44,747 nucleotides of DNA from an uncultured bacterium (GTDB lineage Bacteria > Lernaellota > Lernaellaia > Lernaellales > Lernaellaceae): NCBI GenBank assembly GCA_964534375.1, contig CAZHPN010000027.1, positions 1 through 44,747 on the forward strand, given 5' to 3'. Position 1 is the first letter of the stretch. Every line of letters begins with the position of its first letter. The translations under genes were made by a program, and so were the position numbers. This document shows, piece after piece, positions 1 to 11,263 of this stretch. The notes under the pieces are model-generated. The model had not been told where the DNA came from. It worked only from the letters and a program-made list of their open reading frames with translations, and ran no database searches.

Positions 1-1146
<1,146 letters not shown>

Positions 1147-1168
1147 GCGCTTCAATTCCGGCGTGAGG

Positions 1169-1200
1169 AAAGGGCCGTCCGCTCGGACGGCCCTTTTTTT
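1169..1200 (+). terminator. Rho-independent terminator after acs
   Basis: aaagggccgtcc-gctc-ggacggccc followed by T7. Confidence 0.9.
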
Positions 1201-1269
1201 CGCCGCGGTCGCGCTTGGCAAACGGCGCCCGATAGCGGATGCTGCGCGCGACCCGGAGCGTTTGGCGGC

Positions 1270-2868
1270 ATGGTGAACGAAATGAGCGACACAATCCGGC
1301 GGCTCGCCGGCGCGTATTGGCGCCGGCTTTTTGCCCCTTTGCTGTTTCTGATCGTGCTGGTTTACGCCGGGCTGGAGACCCGCCTGCTCGCCTCGCGCGT
1401 CGCTTTTCCGTGGGACATTCTGACCTGTTTCGAAACCTCGTTCATGAACGCCATGCTCAAGCTCGACCGTGGGCAGAGCATTTACAGCGCGCCCGAGGAG
1501 GCCAATTCCGAGGTGTATCCGCCGGGCATCCATTACCTGATCTACGGCCTGCTGCGCCCGTTTCATCGCGAACTGGATATCCGCTATTGCCGCCTGGTCG
1601 CCGTGCTGCTTTCGCTCGCCGTCGCCGCGGCGGCCGCCGGGTTAATGATCCCCTATATGCAATCGCTTTCGCCGCCCTGGCGCGTGCCGTGGCGGTGGAT
1701 TTTTTTCGCGTTCCTCGCGACGTTTTTGACGATTCACAAAAGCCTATCGTCGGACATGCCGCACCCCGACAACCTGCACGCGCTGCACGCGGTCGGCGCG
1801 CTGTTGCTCTGCTGGCTGGCGCTGGCGCGCGAGGATTTTGCGCTCGCGCTGGCGGCCATGGCCTGGGCGGGGCTCGGCATTCTCACGAAGCAGACGGCCT
1901 TGTTCTCGCCCCTCGCGGCGGCGGCGGCGCTGTTGCTGGGCCGGCGCTGGGGCGCGCGGCGCAGCCTGGCGCTGCTCGCGGTCGGCGCGGCGGTCACCGG
2001 CGCGCTGGTCGCGCTGATGAGCCGCGGCTACGGCGGCTATCACCTTTTCCGGGCGATGGCGAGTCACCGTTTTACCGATATTCCCACCTTCTTCTTCAAC
2101 CCGTTCGTCCACGGCGGCGTGACCTCGCCGCTCCTGTTTCCGCCACGGTTGACGCTGCTCATCCTCGCGCCGGCGGCCATGGCGTGGCTGCTGCCCGGCC
2201 AACGCAGCCGGCTGTTTTTGCTGACGTGGTGCGCCTTCGGCGTCTTTGAGGTCGCGCCGACGCTGGCCGCGCTGGTGAAAGAAGGCGGCAACCTGAACAA
2301 CCTGGGCATCGTCGATTTGTGGCTGTTCCTGCTGGTCTTTCCGGCGACGCTGCACGCCCATTATCGGTTCGGAGTCGACCGCGCCGCGCCGCCGGTCGCC
2401 GCGGCGTTGGCCGCGCCGCTGCTGCTGTTCATGACGCTCAGCCTGTATCCGCTGAAGATTCGCCCGCTGGCGGACGCACGGCAGTTTTGCGAGACGGTCG
2501 AGCAACAAATTCGCGCCGACTTGCAGGCCGGCAAACGCGTCTGGGTCCCCACCGGCGCGATGTTTCTGATCCACGCGGGCCGGACCGAGCCGCTGCAGAA
2601 CCTCAGCGTCAATCTGTGGAGCGCCCAGTTGAGCGGCAACCGCGATCTGCTGATTTACCGGCGCTTGCGCGAACGGCAATTCGACGCGATCTACTACATC
2701 TTTCCCTGGAAACTGGCGCTGCGCGACACGATCAAAGAGAACTACACGTTGGCGGAACACATCATGGGGCCCGACTACGGCGACCACCGCGACCATCGGG
2801 GCATTCAACCTTACCTGACGTATGGTTGCGACGTATTCGCGCCGAAGCCGGTGGCCGTCGCGCCGTGA
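1270..2868 (+). CDS. Polytopic membrane protein, probable GT-C fold (ArnT/PMT-like) glycosyltransferase
   Basis: About 11-13 hydrophobic segments, first loop with E and YPP motif, ILTKQT motif, soluble C-terminal domain; glycan-cluster context. Confidence 0.6.
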   Translation: MVNEMSDTIRRLAGAYWRRLFAPLLFLIVLVYAGLETRLLASRVAFPWDILTCFETSFMNAMLKLDRGQSIYSAPEEANSEVYPPGIHYLIYGLLRPFHRELDIRYCRLVAVLLSLAVAAAAAGLMIPYMQSLSPPWRVPWRWIFFAFLATFLTIHKSLSSDMPHPDNLHALHAVGALLLCWLALAREDFALALAAMAWAGLGILTKQTALFSPLAAAAALLLGRRWGARRSLALLAVGAAVTGALVALMSRGYGGYHLFRAMASHRFTDIPTFFFNPFVHGGVTSPLLFPPRLTLLILAPAAMAWLLPGQRSRLFLLTWCAFGVFEVAPTLAALVKEGGNLNNLGIVDLWLFLLVFPATLHAHYRFGVDRAAPPVAAALAAPLLLFMTLSLYPLKIRPLADARQFCETVEQQIRADLQAGKRVWVPTGAMFLIHAGRTEPLQNLSVNLWSAQLSGNRDLLIYRRLRERQFDAIYYIFPWKLALRDTIKENYTLAEHIMGPDYGDHRDHRGIQPYLTYGCDVFAPKPVAVAP

Positions 2869-2922
2869 TTCGGCGGACGACGACCAACGCAAGTTGAGCA
2901 GATCGTCGCGGAACTTCGCCCG

Positions 2923-3882
2923 TTATCGCTGGCGATCGGGGACCACGCCGCCGTTCGCGCGGTTCTTGGGTTCCAGCAGATTTGCTTTTTGCAGAGAATC
3001 GAACACCAAAGCGGCGATCTGCGCATATCCGAATTCGTTTGGGTGTTCAAGATCGGCGATCATCACGGGGTTTTTTATCGAACCAAGGACGCTGCCAAAA
3101 CTGCCGACGCGGTGAGCGTCGATCAGCGGCAGACGCCAGCGCTCCGCCGCCTCGCGGTAGGCGTCATCGAGCCACGCAATCTGGTACCAATACGTGAGCA
3201 GCACTAAGTGGCCGCCGCGATCCGCGACAGTATGCTGCAGAAAATCGATGTCGTTCAACAGCCATTCGCGCAAGGTTTGCGCCTCCGGGCTGGCCGACGC
3301 CGGCGCAAAAGACCCCGGCTCGCGGTTCCCGTTGCGGGCGCTGTGAACGAATCGGAGGCGGTCCCACGCGTATAGCCCGAACCGACACACGCGATTCGCC
3401 GAGAGCTTCAGTTTGAGCAACTCCGATCGGTCCAACTTGGCGATGCGCTCCGGAGAAATTCGCGCATGGTGAAAGTTGTGGTGGTTGTTGGTCCCGGCGC
3501 AAAACACAACTACATCGGGCCGTTCCGGCTGCCAGCGCAACGAAAGTTCGACCCGTTCGGCGACTTCGCTGCTGTTGCAGCCGGACTGACCGAGGTTAAT
3601 CACGCGATAACGAAATTCGGGTTTTTTCGCGGCCAATAGCGCGTCGAGCTGTTGCGGGTAATCCAAACGCCGCGGAGCTCCGACGCCCTCGGTGTGGCTA
3701 TCGCCGGCGCAAACTATTCGCCAATCCGCCGCGTTGACGTTGCTGCCCGTCGCGAGCCACAACGGCGGCGGCCGGAAGATTTTTGCCGCTCGCAGGCCCA
3801 GCTCGAAAACGAGCAGCAAAGCCGCGATGCCGCCGAAAACGGCCGCCGCGCGTCCCCATCCTCGCCGCCGCCGAGACATCAT
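2923..3882 (-). CDS. Membrane-anchored SGNH/GDSL hydrolase (esterase/acyltransferase)
   Basis: GDSHTEG block I, NLGQSG block II, GTNN block III, DLEHPN block V; N-terminal TM with LVFELGLR; start moved to ATG 3882/3879. Confidence 0.85.
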   Translation of the reverse strand: MMSRRRRGWGRAAAVFGGIAALLLVFELGLRAAKIFRPPPLWLATGSNVNAADWRIVCAGDSHTEGVGAPRRLDYPQQLDALLAAKKPEFRYRVINLGQSGCNSSEVAERVELSLRWQPERPDVVVFCAGTNNHHNFHHARISPERIAKLDRSELLKLKLSANRVCRFGLYAWDRLRFVHSARNGNREPGSFAPASASPEAQTLREWLLNDIDFLQHTVADRGGHLVLLTYWYQIAWLDDAYREAAERWRLPLIDAHRVGSFGSVLGSIKNPVMIADLEHPNEFGYAQIAALVFDSLQKANLLEPKNRANGGVVPDRQR

Positions 3883-4072
3883 AGACGGGACTATACTACG
3901 AAGAACAATAGTGAAATAGCGCCGGCGCGTCGCCGGCTTTCCCGACGCCGGCCGGCGGACGACGGCCATTGCCAAGCAAAATCTTTGACGGTAGATTTTT
4001 TTCCAGGCAAAAAATATTGTCATCCGTTCGAATCTTGGGCAATCGCTGTCGGCTGACGTCGAAAGGAACGGC

Positions 4073-5287
4073 ATGCTCCCGCGCCGCAGAGTTCCGCTAC
4101 GAAAAGCAGATTTCGTCGAGTGGTCGCGCGCGCTGCTCGGGCCCGGCGCGGCGCCCGGCGCCGACGTGCGCCGTTTCGAAGAGGCGTTCGCGCGTTACCT
4201 GGGGTGTCCGGCCGCGCTCGCCACGGCCAGCGGCCGCGAGGCCATCGCCGTGGCGTTGCAGGCCGCCGGTTTTGACCGCGGCGCGGAGATCATCGTGCCG
4301 GCCTACACGCTGGGCGAATTGCTGCCGGGGCTCCAGGGGCTCGGCCTGACCCCGGTTCCGGCCGATATCGAAGAAGACACGTTCAATATGAGCGTCGCCG
4401 CGGCGGCGGCCCGGATCGGCCCGGCCACGCGGTTCATTCTCGCCACGCATCTGCTCGGCGCGCCGTGCGACATTTCGGCGCTGGGCGAACTGGCGCGCGA
4501 CAAAAATATCGTCGTCATCGAAGACTGTGCGCACGCGCTCGGCGCCGCGGTGCAGGGCCGCAAGGTCGGCACGTTCGGCGACGCCGCGATTTTCAGTTTC
4601 GAGCCCAACAAAGCCGTGCCGACCTACGGCGGCGGCATGCTGGCGATCAACAAGCCGGAGTGGATCGGGCGGGCGACGGAGATTCTCGCCGATCGGCGCC
4701 GCGTCGCCGGCCCCGCGTTGCGCCGCGCGTTTTCCGTGTGGCTGGAAGAACTCGTGATCCGCAGCCCGTTCTACGGCTGGCTCGCACGGCTGCTGTTTTC
4801 GGGGCCGCTGGCCGGGCGTTTCGAAAAATTCTACCGCGGCTCGCACACACGCGCGCGCCGGCCGAGCGTGGCGTATTCCGACTTTCAGGCGCGGCTCGGG
4901 CTGCAACGCCTAGCCGAACTGGACGCGCGCAACGAATTTCTCAACGCCCGCTGGAACGCTTTGGCGGCGGCGCTGCCGCCCGCGTTCGTTCCGCAGAAAC
5001 GCGACGCCGCCGGCGCGCCGAGTTTTTACAACTTCGTCGTGCGCAGTGCGGTCGCGCCGGACCGACTGCGCGGCGCGGCGATCCGCCGCGGCGTCGACGT
5101 CGGCGTCGGCAGTCAGGTCGAGGACGATTGCGCCGCGCTGCTGGGCGATGCGGGCTGCCCCGTCGCCGCGCGCACGTTCCGGCAGGCCGTGCTGTTGCCG
5201 CTGTATCAGTCGATGAGCGAAAAAGAGGTTGCGCAATTGGCGGCGGTCATGAAGAATCTGGCGCAGGAGGGCGCCGCCGAGTCATGA
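4073..5287 (+). CDS. DegT/DnrJ/EryC1/StrS family PLP-dependent sugar aminotransferase
   Basis: SGREA, IEDCAHALGA, FSFEPNK (PLP lysine), GGGML motifs. Confidence 0.88.
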   Translation: MLPRRRVPLRKADFVEWSRALLGPGAAPGADVRRFEEAFARYLGCPAALATASGREAIAVALQAAGFDRGAEIIVPAYTLGELLPGLQGLGLTPVPADIEEDTFNMSVAAAAARIGPATRFILATHLLGAPCDISALGELARDKNIVVIEDCAHALGAAVQGRKVGTFGDAAIFSFEPNKAVPTYGGGMLAINKPEWIGRATEILADRRRVAGPALRRAFSVWLEELVIRSPFYGWLARLLFSGPLAGRFEKFYRGSHTRARRPSVAYSDFQARLGLQRLAELDARNEFLNARWNALAAALPPAFVPQKRDAAGAPSFYNFVVRSAVAPDRLRGAAIRRGVDVGVGSQVEDDCAALLGDAGCPVAARTFRQAVLLPLYQSMSEKEVAQLAAVMKNLAQEGAAES

Positions 5288-6729
5288 CCGATACGTTTCC
5301 CACCGTGCTGGTCCGCGCGCCCTACGATCCGCAGTTCGCCACGACCCATCCGCGGCACTTGTCGCCGCCGCTCGATTTGAAATATGTGCAAGCCGCCGGA
5401 CAGCGCCGCGACGGGCGGCCGGCGCCGTTGATCGACGGCTGGCTCAACGAAGCGCCGCTCGCGCAGTGGGTCGACCGCGTGCGGGCGCACGACGCCAAGG
5501 CCGCCGTGATCAAGGGCGCCACGCCCAGCCTGAACGCTGCGGCGACGCTCGCCCGGGCGCTGAAGGAACGCGGCGTCTTCACGGTCGGCGTCGGCCAGCA
5601 GGTCAGCCATGTGCGGAGTCTGCCCGATCCGGCGTGGCAGGCGGCGTTCGACGCGCCGCTGCTGGGCGACCCGGAGGTCGCGGCGCCGGAGTTGCTGGCG
5701 CGGCTCGCGGCCGGCGAACCCGCCGCGGCGCTCGCCGCCGAATTTCGCGGCCGGTTTCAGGCGGGCGAGACGTTCGTGGTGGCCGATCCGGACGCCTTGC
5801 CGTGGCCGCAATTCAGCCCGGAGGAACTGCGGGCGTATCCGTTTCCGTTTCCGCTGGGCGCGGGCGCGGTTCGCCGGTGGGGTTACGCGCTCAGTTCGTG
5901 GGGTTGCCCGTGCCATTGCCGGCACTGTTCGGCGGTGGTCCGCAAGACTGCGGCCGGTTCGCTGATCAAACGCCATCCGGCGCGCTTCATCGACGAGGTG
6001 TCCGCGCTGGTCGCCGCCGGGGCCCAGGCGGTTTTTTTCGAGGACGACGGCCTGCTGTTCGACCGGCGGCACTTTTTCGACGTCTGCGCGGAAATCCAGC
6101 GCCGGCGGCTGAAATTTCTCTGGATCGCCAACGCCCGCCCGCCGGAACTCGACGAGGAAACGATCGCTCAGGCCGCCGCGGCCGGCGCGAAATTGTTCAA
6201 GATCGGCGTCGAATCTGGGTCGCCGCGGGTCATCGAGGCGCTCGGCAAACATCCGAGCGGCGAAGACTGGATCGCGCGCGCCCGCCGCGCCTTTCCGCTC
6301 ATCCGCCGCCGCGGCATTCGCACCGTGGCGATGTTCATGGTCGGCAATCCGGACGAAACCGCCGACGAAATCGAGCGCTCGATTGCGCTCGCGCGCGAAC
6401 TGGCGCCCGATTACCTGCAAGTCCAGATCTTCAGCGCCTATCCCGATGTGCGGATGTTCCCCGAAATCGCCGCCGGCGCGCGCCGCCCCGCCGATCTGGC
6501 GCACGTCTTCCACTACGCCGCCCCGGCGACAAGCCCCAGCCGCATTCCGGCGGCCGACTTGCCGGCGACGCAGGCGCGTTTTTACCGGCGCTTCTATCTG
6601 CGCGGCCGGTATGTGCTGAGCCACTTCCACCGCTTTTGGACTTCGTACCTGACCTCGTTCACCACTCTCGAAAAAGGGTGGAACCTGTTCATGTGGCTCC
6701 TGGCGCCCGCCGCGCCGCGGGACCGGTAA
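5284..6729 (+). CDS. Radical SAM protein with N-terminal B12-binding-like domain
   Basis: SWGCPCHCRHC (CxxxCxxC), FEDD, IGVESGS, FMVGNPDET; ATGA overlap with upstream stop fixes start at 5284. Confidence 0.85.
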   Translation: MTDTFPTVLVRAPYDPQFATTHPRHLSPPLDLKYVQAAGQRRDGRPAPLIDGWLNEAPLAQWVDRVRAHDAKAAVIKGATPSLNAAATLARALKERGVFTVGVGQQVSHVRSLPDPAWQAAFDAPLLGDPEVAAPELLARLAAGEPAAALAAEFRGRFQAGETFVVADPDALPWPQFSPEELRAYPFPFPLGAGAVRRWGYALSSWGCPCHCRHCSAVVRKTAAGSLIKRHPARFIDEVSALVAAGAQAVFFEDDGLLFDRRHFFDVCAEIQRRRLKFLWIANARPPELDEETIAQAAAAGAKLFKIGVESGSPRVIEALGKHPSGEDWIARARRAFPLIRRRGIRTVAMFMVGNPDETADEIERSIALARELAPDYLQVQIFSAYPDVRMFPEIAAGARRPADLAHVFHYAAPATSPSRIPAADLPATQARFYRRFYLRGRYVLSHFHRFWTSYLTSFTTLEKGWNLFMWLLAPAAPRDR

Positions 6730-6742
6730 GGCGAGCGGCGCG

Positions 6743-8296
6743 ATGCAACGCGCCTTGGCCGCTCTCGCCGCTTGCCGCATCCGCGGCGCCGCGCCCGCCC
6801 TGGTCGTCGCGCTGATCGGCCTGCTGCTCGCCGGTTTCTTTCTTGTTCACTGCCTCGACCTGCGCTTGTACAACGTCGACGCCGACACGCAATTGGCGCG
6901 GGCCGTCGACGCGGTGGACCACGGCCACTTTTCGCCGGTCAACAATTTGATCGTCGCCGGCGTGAACCTCGGGCCGCTCGGCTACCTGCTGTCGGCGGTT
7001 CCGCTGCTCTTCTCGCGCAGCCTGTACGGCCAATACTATTTTCTTTCGCTGTTGATGCTGCTCGCGGCGCCGGTGATGTTTTTCGCTGCGCGGACGATTG
7101 CGCCGCAGGGGATTTTCGCCGCCGCCGCGACGTTCTTCTACCTATTCCTGTCGCTCTACGCCTACACGCCGCTCGTACCGGAACATACCTATTATCTGCC
7201 GCTCGGCCTCGCGGTCTATTTTTTCCTGCTCGCCAAGGCGCTGGCGCGCGGGGCCGATTGGGCGGCGCTGGCCGCCTGGGTCGTCGCCGGCCTCTGCATG
7301 CACTTGCACATGGCGGCGTTCACGCTGCTGCCGGCGTCGCTCATCGCCTTGTGGCCAGCGGGCAAGAATTGGCGGCGCACGGCCGGCTATCACGCGCTGG
7401 GCCTGGGCCTGGCGCTGGCGTTGAACTGGCAGGTTATCTTTCAGACCTGGCGGCTGGCGCGGCACGGAGCGCTCGCCGCCACGGTCGTCGCCAACCCGCA
7501 GGTGGGCGGCGTGCCCGGATTTTTCGCGGCGCACGTCGCGGCTTTCATGCACGCGGCGGCCGTCCTGTTCGGCGACGTCGTCGCCGGGGCAATGTTGCTG
7601 GCGGCGGTTTTCGGCGTCGTGACGGTCGTCCGCAACAAGAAGCTGCGGTGGCTGAGCGCGACGTGCCTGTTCATCATGGGCGGCGATCTTGTGATATTCG
7701 CGGTGTTGTCGGCGTTCAAGGCGCCGGGCCAGGGTCTGTCGATGTGGTATTGCTACCCGGCGATTCTGCACGTCTCGATTCTCTGCGGCCTGGCGCTCGA
7801 TTGGCTCTGGCAGGCGACCGCGGAAATCAACACGCCCGGCCGCATCTGCCGCGACATCGTCGTCACGGTCCTGATCGGCGGCTTCCTCTCGTTCGCCGTC
7901 GCCGACCAGATGCGCAATCGCCTCGAGGTGTGCGAAAAACGGCCACCGGACAACATCTGGCTGCGCGACCAGCTTCGGGTCGCCGAGGCGTTTTACGGGT
8001 ATGCGCAGGAACACGACCTGCGCGACATTTCGATGCGCATGACCGTCGTCGGCCGCGCGCCCGATATCCGCACCGGCTTTTCGCTGGCGACGGTCATCCG
8101 TCACCTGCACCCGGACGCGGCGCGGCGCTTCTCACCAGCGCCTCGCGACGAGTACGCGTTCAAGATCATGTCGAAGGAAATCTACGGTTTGCGCGACGCG
8201 GCGACGGCCGACGAACAACTTGTGTCCGACCTGCGCGTGCAGACGAGCCGTTGCGGCTGCGAATTGGAACGGGCGGTGCGGCGTCCCCTGCAATAA
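6743..8296 (+). CDS. Polytopic membrane protein, probable GT-C glycosyltransferase
   Basis: Multiple TM segments; first loop DAD followed by LGPLGYLL motif typical of ArnT-like proteins; operonic with radical SAM gene. Confidence 0.55.
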   Translation: MQRALAALAACRIRGAAPALVVALIGLLLAGFFLVHCLDLRLYNVDADTQLARAVDAVDHGHFSPVNNLIVAGVNLGPLGYLLSAVPLLFSRSLYGQYYFLSLLMLLAAPVMFFAARTIAPQGIFAAAATFFYLFLSLYAYTPLVPEHTYYLPLGLAVYFFLLAKALARGADWAALAAWVVAGLCMHLHMAAFTLLPASLIALWPAGKNWRRTAGYHALGLGLALALNWQVIFQTWRLARHGALAATVVANPQVGGVPGFFAAHVAAFMHAAAVLFGDVVAGAMLLAAVFGVVTVVRNKKLRWLSATCLFIMGGDLVIFAVLSAFKAPGQGLSMWYCYPAILHVSILCGLALDWLWQATAEINTPGRICRDIVVTVLIGGFLSFAVADQMRNRLEVCEKRPPDNIWLRDQLRVAEAFYGYAQEHDLRDISMRMTVVGRAPDIRTGFSLATVIRHLHPDAARRFSPAPRDEYAFKIMSKEIYGLRDAATADEQLVSDLRVQTSRCGCELERAVRRPLQ

Positions 8297-8302
8297 TGCC
8301 GG

Positions 8303-9091
8303 TCAGTCGGTTTTCTTCCCGACGACGGCGCGGTCGGCGCCGGGGCCGAAGCCGACGATGACGTAGGTGCCGCTGCGCGCGTCGGTCTTCAGCCGGATCA
8401 GGCCGTTTTTCTCGGCGTCTTCCAGCAATTCGGAAAACGTGCGGAAGCCGTGGTAGGCCTCGCTGAACGACGGGCGTTTGCGCTTCATGGTGTCTTTCAC
8501 CATGCTGCTCCAGAGGATCTCTTTGTTCTCGCGGACCAGCGCGGTGATCGAATCCAGCAGCAACTCGAACGCCTCGCGTTTCTTCTTCGGCAGCCGCTTG
8601 TCGACCTCGTCGGGTTTGCTCTCGGCGGTCATCAGGTCTTCGTAATAGATGAACTCGTCGCAATTGTCGGCCAGCAGTTGCGACGTCGAATCCTTGATGC
8701 CGACGCCGATCACGCGTTTGCCGTTTTCCTTGAGCTTCGAGACCAGCGGCGAAAAATCGCTGTCGCCCGACACGACGACGAAGGTGTCGATGTGGTTCTT
8801 GGAATAGCAGAGGTCCATCGCATCGACGACCAGGCGGATGTCGGCGCTGTTTTTTCCCGTGAGCGCGCGTTTCGGAATCTCGATGAGCGCGATCGCCGCC
8901 TCGTGCAGTTGCTGCTTGAAATCGTTGTAACGATGCCAGTCGGCATAGGCGGTCTTGGCGACGATCTTGCCCTTTTCCACCAGCCGCGTCAGCACTTTCT
9001 GAATGTCGAACCGGTCTTTCTTGCCGGTGAAGCCCAGCGCGAGATTCTCAAAATCGATAAAGACCGCGAGATTGCTTTCGTTGTCGGCCAT
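8303..9091 (-). CDS. NYN domain protein (LabA/DUF88 PIN-like) with C-terminal OST-HTH/LOTUS domain
   Basis: FIDFEN, KNSADIRLVVDA, SGDSDFSPL, CDEFIYY; C-terminal FSEAYHGFRTFSELL. Confidence 0.9.
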   Translation of the reverse strand: MADNESNLAVFIDFENLALGFTGKKDRFDIQKVLTRLVEKGKIVAKTAYADWHRYNDFKQQLHEAAIALIEIPKRALTGKNSADIRLVVDAMDLCYSKNHIDTFVVVSGDSDFSPLVSKLKENGKRVIGVGIKDSTSQLLADNCDEFIYYEDLMTAESKPDEVDKRLPKKKREAFELLLDSITALVRENKEILWSSMVKDTMKRKRPSFSEAYHGFRTFSELLEDAEKNGLIRLKTDARSGTYVIVGFGPGADRAVVGKKTD

Positions 9092-9156
9092 GGGCCCGCC
9101 TTCCTACGGAAATTGCGGCTATTATACATGTCGCGTTCGCCCGGGCAATGCAGGCG

Positions 9157-9201
9157 TCGGACGCTGGGACGTATGGGCCTTATAGAACGTACGGGACCTA
9201 T
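9157..9201. repeat. Degenerate 9-nt tandem repeat (GGGACCTAT-like), about 5 units
   Basis: cggacgct gggacgtat gggccttat agaacgtac gggacctat. Confidence 0.7.
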
Positions 9202-9290
9202 GCCCTGCCCGATTGCGCCGCGCCCGAAACCGTTGGCGCCGCGCCGCGGTTTGCCGTAAGATACGCGGTGGTCGGCGAAAGGAGGGCGGT

Positions 9291-11231
9291 GTGGCCGATG
9301 AAAAAACGACGCGCGAGAGCAATTTCCTAAATACGCCGGTCGGCGCCGCCATCCTACGACACCGCCGATCCCTCATCGCGCTCAGCCAACTCACGCTCGT
9401 CGTCGTTTCCTACGTCCTGTCCTTCGAGTTGCGCTTCGATTTCGATCTGCAAAGCAACAACGGGGCGCCGTTCTACGCGCTGCTCAAGACGCTGCCGTTG
9501 ATTCTCGTGGTGCGTGCGCTGGCCTTCGCCATCTGGGATCTCTATCGCGGCTGGTGGCGCTACGTCGGCATGGACGAGCTGCTCGACATCATCAAGGCCG
9601 TCGTCGTCAGTTCGCTCGTGTTCATCATGCTGGTGATGTTCGTCTTCCGCACCGACTACTACCCGCGGTCGGTCTTCCTCATCGACACCTTCATCTGCAT
9701 TTCGCTGGTCGGCGGCATCCGCTTTTTGCTGCGGGCGGTGCGCGAATATTCGAAACTGCCGCCGCGCGGCTCGCTCAAGAGCGTGCTGATCCTCGGCGCC
9801 AGCGAGATCGGCGTGCAGATTCTCAACGAAATCCGCAACAACCCGCACTTGCACATGCAGGTGCTCGGGTTCATCGACGAATACTCCCTGAAAAAGGGCT
9901 TCAAGGTCCGCGGCGTGCCCGTCCTCGGCGGCGTCGACGACCTCGGCCAGATTCTCCAGCGCTACAGCATCGATGAAATCGTCATCGCCTCGCGCTACCC
10001 GCGGCCGCGCGACCTGCGGGCGCTGGTCGAGCGCTTTCGCGACCAGGGCGTCCGCTTCCGGATTGTGCCGGCCGTGCGCGAGATCCTCGGCGGCGAGGTC
10101 TCGATCAAACGGCTGCGCGACGTCGAGGTCGAGGACTTGCTCGGCCGCGAAGCCGTGAAGCTGGACACCGAGCGCATCCGCCGCACGTTCGCCGGCCGGC
10201 GCGTGCTGATCACCGGCGCGGGCGGCAGCATCGGCAGCGAATTGGCGCGGCAGATCGCGTCGCAATTCCCCGCGCGGCTGATCCTGCTCGAACGCAACGA
10301 AAACAACCTGTTCTACATCCATTGGGAGTTGTCGCGCCGCTGGCAGACCGTGCCGATTCTGGCCGTGATCGGCGACGCCGGCGACCCCGTGCTCGTCGAC
10401 AACCTGATGGCCGCCGAGAAGCCGGACATCATCCTGCACGCCGCCGCTTACAAACACGTGCCGCTGATGGAGTTCAACGCCGTCGCCGCCGCGCTGAACA
10501 ACGTGCGGGCGACGAAGATCCTCGCCGAAACGGCCGCCGCGCGGGGCGTCGAGAAATTCGTCTTCATTTCCACCGACAAGGCCGTGCGGCCGCGGAACAT
10601 CATGGGCCGGTCGAAACGCCTGGCCGAATGGCTCGTGATCGACCTGGCCCGCCGCTCGCCGCGCACGCGCTTTCTGGCGGTGCGGTTCGGCAACGTGCTG
10701 GCGAGCGAAGGCAGCGTGATTCCGCTGTTTCGTCGGCAGATCGCCGAGGGCGGCCCGGTGACAGTGACCCACCCGGAAATGACGCGCTACTTTATGACCA
10801 TCCCCGAGGCGGTGCAGTTGGTGATGCAAACCGCGGCGATGGGCGAAGGCGGCGAAATCTTCGTCCTGGAAATGGGCGAGCCGGTGCGCATTGTCGACTT
10901 GGCCCGCAACTTGATCCGCCTTTCCGGTTTCGAGCCGGATCGCGACATCGAAGTCAAGTTCATCGGCTTGCGGCCCGGCGAGAAGATGGAGGAGGAGTTG
11001 TGGGACGAGGAGGAGGGCATCGGCCCGACGGCCCACGACGCGATCCGGGTAGTGCGCAAAGTGCGTTCGATACCCGTGGATTTCGAACACGGGGTGCAGG
11101 AATTGGTGGCGCTGGCGGAGAAGGGGGAGGAAACGGCCGTGCGGGAATGCCTGACCCGTCTGACCGATCTGGAATCCACCGTGCCCATGAAAGAAACGGT
11201 TGACGGACGCCGGTCACCCGTGCCAGGATGA
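9291..11231 (+). CDS. Membrane-bound nucleotide-sugar 4,6-dehydratase (PglF/CapD/WbpM family)
   Basis: 4 N-terminal TMs, VEDLLGRE, TGAGGSIGSEL, HAAAYKHVPLME, STDKAV, VRFGNVL, GLRPGEK; GTG start after GGAGG. Confidence 0.93.
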   Translation: MADEKTTRESNFLNTPVGAAILRHRRSLIALSQLTLVVVSYVLSFELRFDFDLQSNNGAPFYALLKTLPLILVVRALAFAIWDLYRGWWRYVGMDELLDIIKAVVVSSLVFIMLVMFVFRTDYYPRSVFLIDTFICISLVGGIRFLLRAVREYSKLPPRGSLKSVLILGASEIGVQILNEIRNNPHLHMQVLGFIDEYSLKKGFKVRGVPVLGGVDDLGQILQRYSIDEIVIASRYPRPRDLRALVERFRDQGVRFRIVPAVREILGGEVSIKRLRDVEVEDLLGREAVKLDTERIRRTFAGRRVLITGAGGSIGSELARQIASQFPARLILLERNENNLFYIHWELSRRWQTVPILAVIGDAGDPVLVDNLMAAEKPDIILHAAAYKHVPLMEFNAVAAALNNVRATKILAETAAARGVEKFVFISTDKAVRPRNIMGRSKRLAEWLVIDLARRSPRTRFLAVRFGNVLASEGSVIPLFRRQIAEGGPVTVTHPEMTRYFMTIPEAVQLVMQTAAMGEGGEIFVLEMGEPVRIVDLARNLIRLSGFEPDRDIEVKFIGLRPGEKMEEELWDEEEGIGPTAHDAIRVVRKVRSIPVDFEHGVQELVALAEKGEETAVRECLTRLTDLESTVPMKETVDGRRSPVPG

Positions 11232-11263
11232 ATCGACATCGCAGGCCGCACCACGGAGCCCCT

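Noticed and set aside
4465..5283. Upstream 273 codons of the listed 754-aa ORF
   Set aside because: Off-frame overlap with the aminotransferase; the real start is the ATGA-coupled ATG at 5284
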